This document shows positions 13,468-20,067 of a stretch of 21,220 nt of DNA, one piece after another. The stretch is from Delftia acidovorans NBRC 14950. GTDB lineage: Bacteria > Pseudomonadota > Gammaproteobacteria > Burkholderiales > Burkholderiaceae_C. The stretch's first letter is position 1. Each line of letters opens with the position of its first letter. The DNA lies in the NCBI RefSeq assembly GCF_001598795.1, contig NZ_BCZP01000046.1, forward strand, positions 1 to 21,220, read 5' to 3'. The notes beneath the pieces are model-generated. The model saw only the letters and a program-made list of their open reading frames with translations. It did no database searches and was not told the DNA's origin. A program made the position numbers and the translations under genes.

Positions 13468-14496
13468 TCAGCGTGTCGCATCAACCTTCAACGCGCGTTT
13501 GTGGCGCACATAGTCGGCGGTCTGGGACTGGGTGGAATGAGCGCCCATGCGCTGCGCCTCCATGATCCCGCGCCCACGGTCCACATCGGTCAGGGCCTTG
13601 CCGCGCAGGTCATGGAAATGGCAGTCCATCACGCCGGCCCGCTTCACTGCCCGCTTCCAGGCGGTTGATGCGCCCGAGTAGGTGTAGGGCTGGCCCTGCA
13701 GCGTGCAGAACACGAAAGCGGGGCTCTGGTTGGGCAGGGCCCGCAGGCGGTCCACCACATCGCGCAGGCGCTGCGTCCATGCGATCAGGACCTGGGCGCC
13801 AGTCGAGCCCTCGGTTTTGGCCGGCTGGAACGCGATGCCCTGCTTGCCCACATCGCTCCACCGCAAGGTCAGTAGGTCGCCAATGCGCTGCCCGGTCAGG
13901 TAGGCCATGTCGATCAGCGCGCAGATCGTGTGGCCGGAGCGCGTGCGCTTGCCGTCGTCCCCGTACATCACGGCCACCTTGATGCGGCGCACCTCGGAAT
14001 CCGTGATGTACCGCGTGCGCGCCTTCACAGACATGGTCTTGAGGCTGTCCACCGGGTTCGTGCCTGGCGGCCGGTAGCCTTTCTCTTCGGCGAACCGCAT
14101 CAGCTCTCGCAGCATGGAGCGGTAGGCGTTATAGGTGCGCGGCTTGTCGCTGAAGTGTTTCAGGAACTCCACGATGGCCGGCGCGGTGACCTCCTGCGCG
14201 CGAAACTCCTGGAACGATTCGGAGATGGTGCGCGTTTGGTAGGCATCGTTAGCCTGCGTTTTCACGCTGTGCCTGCTGCCTACCTCAGCGAGCCAGTCCG
14301 CGATCAGCGCGGGCATGCTGTCCCGGGCCATGTCTGCCTGCTCCATATCGGCCAGGGCGCGGTATAGAGCAGGTAGGCCGTCACGGATGGTGGATAGGCG
14401 CGTCCAGATCCGCCTTTTCCCTTCGGCGCGGACATGCCAATAGGCGCCCCCCTTTTCGTAGACACGCTTCGGTAGGTCGCTGCGGCGCTTGCTCAT
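13468..14496 (-). CDS. int: Tyrosine-type phage integrase
   Basis: 342 aa from the ATG at 14496, with GGAGG upstream and an ATGA overlap with the upstream gene's stop. Catalytic-core blocks are present: LTGQRIGDLLTLRWSDV (Arg), HFHDLRGKALT (H-x-x-R), AHSTQSQTADYVRH (Tyr). It lies adjacent to the tRNA fragment. Confidence 0.9.
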   Translation of the reverse strand: MSKRRSDLPKRVYEKGGAYWHVRAEGKRRIWTRLSTIRDGLPALYRALADMEQADMARDSMPALIADWLAEVGSRHSVKTQANDAYQTRTISESFQEFRAQEVTAPAIVEFLKHFSDKPRTYNAYRSMLRELMRFAEEKGYRPPGTNPVDSLKTMSVKARTRYITDSEVRRIKVAVMYGDDGKRTRSGHTICALIDMAYLTGQRIGDLLTLRWSDVGKQGIAFQPAKTEGSTGAQVLIAWTQRLRDVVDRLRALPNQSPAFVFCTLQGQPYTYSGASTAWKRAVKRAGVMDCHFHDLRGKALTDVDRGRGIMEAQRMGAHSTQSQTADYVRHKRALKVDATR

Positions 14497-14723
14497 GCTG
14501 GCCTCCGCATCTGCGGCGGCCGCACGCGCGGCGCGGTGGACGGAGCTGGCCCAGCGCAGACGGCCAGATAGTGGTCGCGCTCCAGAAGTACCTTCCCCGT
14601 GCGCTCGCTGATGCGGGCGCGGAAGAATCCGCGCTTGTGCAGCGCCTTGAGCTGCATGGACGGCCATTGGTAGTGGGTGAGCTCCCTGATCTCTTCTTCA
14701 GAGAGGGTGAGGCTGATGCTCAT
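14493..14723 (-). CDS. DUF4224-like small protein (excisionase/recombination-directionality position)
   Basis: 76 aa from the ATG at 14723. The block LTLSEEEIRELTHYQWPSMQLKALHKRGFFRARISERTGKVLLERDHY resembles DUF4224 proteins, which commonly precede phage integrases. It is translationally coupled to int. Confidence 0.65.
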   Translation of the reverse strand: MSISLTLSEEEIRELTHYQWPSMQLKALHKRGFFRARISERTGKVLLERDHYLAVCAGPAPSTAPRVRPPQMRRPA

Positions 14724-14736
14724 GGTAGGCACCTTT

Positions 14737-14764
14737 CAAAAACAAGGGCCAGCGGGTGCTGGCC
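14737..14764 (-). terminator. Rho-independent terminator after the methyltransferase gene
   Basis: On the minus strand, GGCCAGC-accc-GCTGGCC is followed by CTTGTTTTTGA. It lies 19 nt after the MTase stop and about 14 nt before the DUF4224 start. Confidence 0.7.
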
Positions 14765-14782
14765 ATGTGGGTGGGTTCGGAG

Positions 14783-16810
14783 TCAAGCGGCGACTTCGTA
14801 GATCAGCGCCTCATGGGCGAAGTTGGCGCGGGCCAGGGCCTCGGCCAGCGGCGGGCAGACGCTGTTGCCGCACATGCGGACTTGGGCGGTGGTGCTCAGG
14901 TCGATGAGGGGCACGTCACGCGGGTCGCTGGCCTGCTTGCCGTCGCGGAACAGCAGGGCCGGGTCGGGCACGCGCTCGAAGTGGTAGTCGCGTGGAAATC
15001 CTTGGGCGCGGAACAGCTCGCGTGGCTTGAGCATGCGCAGCGTGATGTCCACCAGCACCCACCACTGCCCGGCATGCCACATGAGCACCAGCTCGGCTGG
15101 GTCGGGGAAGTGCTCGGGCAAGTGCTTGTGCAGCAACTCGGCGCAGAGCCGGGCGCGCTCAGCATGCTCGGGCGCCAGTGTTGCGGCCGGCACCTGGATG
15201 GTCTGCACCAGACCCATGCGCGCCTTGGTGGGCACGGTGTGCATGGGCTCGCTGCAGGCGCTGTCCTGGCCGCCCTCGCTGTAGTACTTCACCAGGTAGG
15301 CCGTGATCAGGCGCTGCTGGGTGCCGCTGGATGTGACCGTGGACAAGGGGTCGTCCGCCGCGCGCCCGTCGCCGTTGTAGAACCCGCCGTTGGCCTGCTC
15401 CAGGCATGCGGCCACCATGGCCTGCTCGCCCCGGTTGGCGCCGGTGACGGTGCGCGGGGGCTCGCGCGGATCGTTGCCGCTGCGCTCGCCGTGGTGGGTG
15501 AGGTGCGTCAGTTGTGCCGAGACAATGCCCATCTGGATGCCGGTGCTGGGCCGCTTGGGCGTACCGCCAGCTGTTACCGTTGGCAGCGGCGCGTCTACCG
15601 CGCTGCCCACGCTTCCGGTGTTGAACTTCGTGATGTGGGCCATGGCCAGGGCGCTTTTGACTCCGCCGGCCACCACGGTCCCCAGTGGGGCCTCGATGTC
15701 CTGCACGCGCGGCTGCTGGCCCTCGCGCTCGCCGTAGCCGATGGTGACCAGGTTGGCGCCCACCAGGGCGTGGTGTGTGCCGCTGGCCGCCACGGTGGAC
15801 AGCGGAGCATCCACGGCGTGGCCGACCAGATGCTGCTCGGACGTGCCTTGCAGCGGGGCCAGCGTGGGCGCCACGACCGAGAAGTGCCCGCCCTTGACTT
15901 GGGCACAGATCGTGCGCAGGGGCGCGTCAGCGGGCATGGTGCGCTGGTTGCTGGCGTTGGCGTGCTCGTTCAGATACGGCGCCTGGGCGCCGACGATGTA
16001 CGGGCTGTCACTGGTGAGGACATGCTTCCAAAGGCCCTTCGCCACCCGGCGCATGGTGTTGTCCACCAGGGCACGCTTGCGCCCGAATACGCTTTCGGCT
16101 GGCAAATCGAAGTCGATGCACTCGGCGGCCGTGCGGTGCGCAGCCAGCTTGCCAGCGATCACACGGCGGTCGGTTGGCTCGGCATGAGTCTGCTCGGGCC
16201 ATACGATGGGCAGGCCATCCCGGCGTGCCACGAGGAACAGGCGCTTGCGGATCGTGGGCGTGCCGTGATCGCTGGCGCGCAGCTCGCGCCAGTCCACCTG
16301 GTAGCCGTGCATGCGCAGCTGGCGCACGAACGACTGGAAGGTCTTACCCCGTCGTGCGGGGTCCGGCCGGGCCTGGCCATCGGGGCCGACGAGGATCGGC
16401 CCCCAGGTCTGGAACTCCTCCACGTTCTCAAGCATGAGCACGCGGGGCTTGCACATTGCCACCCAGCGCATGCCCACCCAGGCCAGGCCCCGGATGTGCT
16501 TCGAGACGGGTGTGCCGCCTTTGGCCTTCGAGAAATGCTTGCAGTCTGGAGACAGCCAGACCAGTGCCACGGGCTGATTGCGCGTGACCTCAATGGGGTT
16601 TACGTCCCACACGCTCTCGCACAGGTGCAGCGTGTGCGGGTGGTTCGCTGCGTGCATTGCCAGCGCCTCGGGGTCGTGGTTGATGGCGATGTCCACGGGC
16701 CGGCCGAATGCAGCTTCGAGACCGGTACTGGTGCCGCCTCCTCCTGCAAAGTTATCGATGATCAACTCGCCAGGGAATGCGAGTGGCAATGTAAAGGCAT
16801 CACGCTTCAT
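14783..16810 (-). CDS. DNA (cytosine-5)-methyltransferase, large phage type with reiterated putative target-recognition modules
   Basis: 675 aa from the ATG at 16810. Motifs: I IIDNFAGGGG, IV LSPDCKHFSKAKGG, VI LMLENVEEF, VIII TIRKRLFLVA, IX RELFRAQGFPRDY, X MCGNSVCPPLAEAL. Between motifs VIII and IX lie seven degenerate modules, each with P-x-x-T-V/I. Confidence 0.9.
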   Translation of the reverse strand: MKRDAFTLPLAFPGELIIDNFAGGGGTSTGLEAAFGRPVDIAINHDPEALAMHAANHPHTLHLCESVWDVNPIEVTRNQPVALVWLSPDCKHFSKAKGGTPVSKHIRGLAWVGMRWVAMCKPRVLMLENVEEFQTWGPILVGPDGQARPDPARRGKTFQSFVRQLRMHGYQVDWRELRASDHGTPTIRKRLFLVARRDGLPIVWPEQTHAEPTDRRVIAGKLAAHRTAAECIDFDLPAESVFGRKRALVDNTMRRVAKGLWKHVLTSDSPYIVGAQAPYLNEHANASNQRTMPADAPLRTICAQVKGGHFSVVAPTLAPLQGTSEQHLVGHAVDAPLSTVAASGTHHALVGANLVTIGYGEREGQQPRVQDIEAPLGTVVAGGVKSALAMAHITKFNTGSVGSAVDAPLPTVTAGGTPKRPSTGIQMGIVSAQLTHLTHHGERSGNDPREPPRTVTGANRGEQAMVAACLEQANGGFYNGDGRAADDPLSTVTSSGTQQRLITAYLVKYYSEGGQDSACSEPMHTVPTKARMGLVQTIQVPAATLAPEHAERARLCAELLHKHLPEHFPDPAELVLMWHAGQWWVLVDITLRMLKPRELFRAQGFPRDYHFERVPDPALLFRDGKQASDPRDVPLIDLSTTAQVRMCGNSVCPPLAEALARANFAHEALIYEVAA

Positions 16811-16835
16811 GTGCGAGTTCCTGTGGTGGAAATGC

Positions 16836-16867
16836 AAAAAGCCCGAGAGGCGACTGCCAAGCGGGCT
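16836..16867 (-). terminator. Terminator-like hairpin (minus strand) immediately upstream of the methyltransferase start
   Basis: On the minus strand, AGCCCG-cttggcagtcgcctct-CGGGCT is followed by TTTTTG, about 25 nt before the MTase ATG. It lies in the 97-bp gap between the MTase and the AT-rich cassette. Confidence 0.5.
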
Positions 16868-16907
16868 ATGGGGGGTTAGGATTCGCCACTCATGAAAGGA
16901 GAGGGCG

Positions 16908-17567
16908 ATGGATGTTGATCAATTGATTGCTGGTATTGGTTCTGCGGTTGTCCTGGCCGAGTCTCAGAACAACTGCTCATTCCCGTGCATGACTAAATCG
17001 GAGTGGGCGAGTTGGGCTCAGGCTATAACAGCAATATTGGGTATATTGGTTGCGGTTATTACATTTGTTGTATCTTCATATCATCGGAGAAAAGAGAGAT
17101 ATGTAGACAATATTATGGTGTGGGACAGAGACAGAAGAATTGCAGAGGAAATGATCACCCAATTTTCTGGATCTCTTAAGTCTGTTTATAACTGGCTGAA
17201 TCCGAAGAATGGTGGGGGTAGAGAGTTGCTGGATTTACTATATAGGAAAGCCCTCCTGGAGGGCCAGTGTGAGAAAATAAAACAATTGCCACTGTACGTT
17301 CTGACGCAATCGGAGTGTCAATATTCATTTCTAATTCAAGCGCACGCGCAAAATTTGATTGCTGCAATGTCTATGATTGATGGTGAATATTTTGAAAATG
17401 CAGAACATGATATTATTATAAAAGAGGATAGGTTTCTAATTCTAGATAAAATATTTATGGATAAATCAAATGGCGCGATAAATGCAATGAGTAATATTGA
17501 AAGTGGATTTAATAAAGAGCGAATTTTATCTAGGGACGGATTTTTGCAATTGCGTGGAGATAAATAG
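16908..17567 (+). CDS. Membrane-anchored protein of unknown function (cassette gene A)
   Basis: 219 aa. The ATG at 16908 is preceded by AAGGAG, and an alternative ATG lies at 16989. One strong TM helix (WAQAITAILGILVAVITFVVSSY) is followed by a basic stop-transfer (HRRKER) and a soluble domain of about 150 aa that looks helical. Codon usage is AT-rich and matches the rest of the cassette. Confidence 0.65.
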   Translation: MDVDQLIAGIGSAVVLAESQNNCSFPCMTKSEWASWAQAITAILGILVAVITFVVSSYHRRKERYVDNIMVWDRDRRIAEEMITQFSGSLKSVYNWLNPKNGGGRELLDLLYRKALLEGQCEKIKQLPLYVLTQSECQYSFLIQAHAQNLIAAMSMIDGEYFENAEHDIIIKEDRFLILDKIFMDKSNGAINAMSNIESGFNKERILSRDGFLQLRGDK

Positions 17568-17618
17568 TTTCAGTGCGATGGCTAGTGAATCAATGGTTAA
17601 CGAAACCCTAGATTTGCC

Positions 17619-17822
17619 GTGAATCCCGTTCATCAGGTTGCTACGGTCAGTGTCGATGAGTTAGGCACTATCAGAATTGAATCTATCGAAGCGCCTCCAC
17701 GCTTGCGCATGTCCAAGGAATTTAGGCTAGTTCAGCCTATTAATAAGCCGTCTGAACAATTGCTTGCTGATTGGGAAATATGCATTTCATGGATTTCCAA
17801 AGAAAAACAACAGGTTAAATAA
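17619..17822 (+). CDS. Small protein of unknown function (cassette gene B)
   Basis: 67 aa with a GTG start and no clear SD. It lies 51 nt after gene A and ends 27 nt before gene C. The sequence is protein-like (MNPVHQVATVSVDELGTIRIESIEAPPRLRMSKEFRLVQPINKPSEQLLADWEICISWISKEKQQVK). Confidence 0.45.
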   Translation: MNPVHQVATVSVDELGTIRIESIEAPPRLRMSKEFRLVQPINKPSEQLLADWEICISWISKEKQQVK

Positions 17823-17849
17823 CTGCAATTTAATACTTAGGAGATAGCC

Positions 17850-19097
17850 TTGACTCTAAATGCAACCCTTCAATTGTCCGACAGCATAGGACTTGGTCGC
17901 TTCATATATTTCAGTGGACTCGAATATCCAGTTTTACTGACTCCGACAGTACACGGTGAACCACTTTTGACGGCGCAGAGTATTTACTACATCGATCGTT
18001 TGGAATCAGTTGCAAACATTCGAGGTAAAAGTAATGATGATATGCTGCCAGAAGATAAAATCGAATATCTAATGGATAATTATTTATTCGAATTTAGTAA
18101 ACTTCATCCTGAATCTCGAGTGACATTCAAGGTTGCAGACTATGTATTCTGGAGGGACGATCCAGACTCAAAATATTCGCTGGCTGATCATCGTTGTACA
18201 AGCACATTAACGCTTGATCAGAGCAATGATTCCGCCGTTTTAAGCATCGAAGCTATCGACGAGGCAGATGACGTCGACCTCGGTGACTGGGATATTGGAA
18301 GGAACTATAGCTTCTCGTGTATTAGCGAATTTATTGCAGGGACGGCGTCTTTGCTTGAAAAGAAGGTTCTAGTAAAAATGCTTCCAGATGAACATAGAGA
18401 TGGATATTTTGGAAAATTAAGAGTTGTTAAAGCAGAGGGTTCCTACATCGACTTCTTTCAAGCGCGTGCGTTAGAGTATATAAGTGTAAGAAATATAACG
18501 AGTGATACGAAACATATTTCCTTAAATAAAAGTCAAATGCCGGGTGCCGAATCATCTCTTCCGGTCGAGCACATCGTAACAACCAGGATGCATAATCCTG
18601 TACTGTTATCTCATTTCTTTTCTGGAATTAAAGAATTGAATCCCCTGAAGGGGTACCTTAGTTACTATAACGTTCTCGAGTACTACTTTGAAGAAGCCCC
18701 TTTAATGCTTGATCGCTCAGCGAGGACGGAGCTAGAGCAGTTGAAATGCACCCTTGAAATACTGGTATCCGACGCCGATGTGAAGGAAATGCTGACGACG
18801 CTAACCGTGCAATCGAAGACTAAGGTTTTTGAGGATTTGCCAACTTCGTCTGGAGTGCCGCTTAAGCGTCTTGATGATCAGGCGGCCAGTATTCGCAGCG
18901 AGCTTGCCAGATGGCTGTACGACATCCGTTGTGCGGTAGTGCACTCGAAGAAGACACGAAGGGGTGTCGCAGTCGCGTCATTTGAACCGTACTCAACTAC
19001 AACCAAGAATTTGGATGTCGCTGTTTTTCTTGTTAGGAATCTCGCCATAAAATGCATCGAAAAGGATACGGATCTGCAAAATATGATACCAACTTAG
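17850..19097 (+). CDS. HEPN-like (R-x4-H) domain protein with an uncharacterised N-terminal domain (cassette gene C)
   Basis: 415 aa. The TTG start at 17850 is preceded by AGGAG. The C-terminal roughly 170 aa look helical, with LSYYNVLEYYFEEAP early and WLYDIRCAVVHSKK (R360-x4-H365, nt 18927-18944) about 50 aa from the end. That is the usual position of the HEPN RNase motif. The N-terminal roughly 240 aa look beta-rich and are unrecognised. Confidence 0.7.
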   Translation: MTLNATLQLSDSIGLGRFIYFSGLEYPVLLTPTVHGEPLLTAQSIYYIDRLESVANIRGKSNDDMLPEDKIEYLMDNYLFEFSKLHPESRVTFKVADYVFWRDDPDSKYSLADHRCTSTLTLDQSNDSAVLSIEAIDEADDVDLGDWDIGRNYSFSCISEFIAGTASLLEKKVLVKMLPDEHRDGYFGKLRVVKAEGSYIDFFQARALEYISVRNITSDTKHISLNKSQMPGAESSLPVEHIVTTRMHNPVLLSHFFSGIKELNPLKGYLSYYNVLEYYFEEAPLMLDRSARTELEQLKCTLEILVSDADVKEMLTTLTVQSKTKVFEDLPTSSGVPLKRLDDQAASIRSELARWLYDIRCAVVHSKKTRRGVAVASFEPYSTTTKNLDVAVFLVRNLAIKCIEKDTDLQNMIPT

Positions 19098-19495
19098 GGC
19101 GTGGTTTTGAACTTTAGGTTTATCACGAGTATGTACGTTTCCAAGGAAAATATTAGCGTAATGCAGTTGATAAAGTGCTATAAGAATAGGGCTTCTAACG
19201 CTTCCCTGTGCTCGTGCTTCTCACTGGCAGTTGGGATGATACGAAGGATTTGCCGGTCTTTGTCTACGATCAAGTTTAGCAGTTGGCTTGAAAGAAGCAG
19301 TCCCTAGAGGTTTCGTATCCAGGGGCTTGAGGCACCGCCTGGACTTGGCGTGCACCCTCTTACTTGGTGTATCTGCAATGCGTTGCTTAACTGTTAGCCA
19401 TTTCGATCAGGAATTGATCTCGGCCCTTTCCGTTGATCCAGTTCGGGAGGCTTGCCCCGGCCAATTAAGTCTTGGAGCCCTCTGAAGCATGTCGA

Positions 19496-19717
19496 TTAGT
19501 GGCCGCAGGGCACGCCTTGGCCCTTATTCAGCTGAGCGGGGCCTTCGCGCCAAAGCTCAGGCAGCGCCACGATGGCGCGCGGACAGCCGGCTGGTGGGCG
19601 CTGCACTTCACCGCCTTGACGCCGTCCGGATATGCCTTGATGACGGGCATGGAGGAAAAGGGCAGTGCGGCGCAGGCACGTCTGGCACATGGAGCCTTTG
19701 CAATGATGCTGTTTCAT
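19496..19717 (-). CDS. Possible small phage protein (73 aa), low confidence
   Basis: Its ATG overlaps the upstream gene's stop (ATGA at 19717-19714), suggesting coupling. It has an N-terminal Cys cluster (CKGSMCQTC), but the remainder is Arg/Gly/Pro-rich and looks only weakly protein-like. Confidence 0.3.
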   Translation of the reverse strand: MKQHHCKGSMCQTCLRRTALFLHARHQGISGRRQGGEVQRPPAGCPRAIVALPELWREGPAQLNKGQGVPCGH

Positions 19718-20067
19718 CGCGTGGGCTCCTCGTCGCTGGTGCGGTGGACCAGGCCCTGCCAGTGCTGGCCCGGCGGCAGTGGGGTGGTGTGGCCGGACCC
19801 GTCTGCCGTGGGCTTGGGCAATGCGCCTTGCAGCGCTGGCGAGTCAAGAAATCCCACGCGCGAAGCCTTTGTGATCCGCGCGAACTCGATCTCTGCGCGG
19901 GAACTGGCCACCAGGGTCTGGCCGATGTCGGTGATGGCGCGGGCGATCTGCGGCGACGTAGCGCCGCTGCGCAGATCCTTGATGGTCTGGAGCAGCAGCG
20001 ATTGCAGCTGGCCCATGCCGCTGGTTTCAGGCGGCGTGGGCTGGATGTCGGTTGTGGTGGTGGTCAT
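19714..20067 (-). CDS. Hypothetical phage protein (117 aa)
   Basis: The ATG at 20067 gives MTTTTTDIQPTPPETSGMGQLQSLLLQTIKDLRSG.... An alternative ATG at 20016 would remove the 41-nt overlap with the HNH gene. GC-rich, on the same strand as the neighbouring phage genes. Confidence 0.5.
   Translation of the reverse strand: MTTTTTDIQPTPPETSGMGQLQSLLLQTIKDLRSGATSPQIARAITDIGQTLVASSRAEIEFARITKASRVGFLDSPALQGALPKPTADGSGHTTPLPPGQHWQGLVHRTSDEEPTR

Larger units (their letters stand above)
16871..19480 (+). other. AT-rich, compositionally foreign cargo block carrying a three-gene plus-strand cassette
   Basis: There is a sharp drop from about two-thirds G+C to many 60-nt lines at roughly one-quarter to two-fifths G+C (for example 17401-17460 and 18001-18060). 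G+C recovers gradually between 19100 and 19480. The three ORFs are all on the strand opposite the flanking phage genes. Confidence 0.8.

Noticed and set aside
14756-16879. 707-aa plus-strand ORF spanning the methyltransferase locus
   Set aside because: It is the antisense shadow of the minus-strand C5-MTase, which has all canonical motifs. The plus-strand translation is Gly/Ala/Arg/His-rich low-complexity sequence typical of GC-rich antisense frames.
19101-19485. Plus-strand ORFs 19101-19307 (68 aa, GTG start) and 19288-19485 (65 aa, TTG start) as fourth and fifth cassette genes
   Set aside because: They have non-ATG starts without SD sites, Cys/Ser/Arg-rich implausible sequences, and lie in the compositional transition zone. 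Treated as non-coding.
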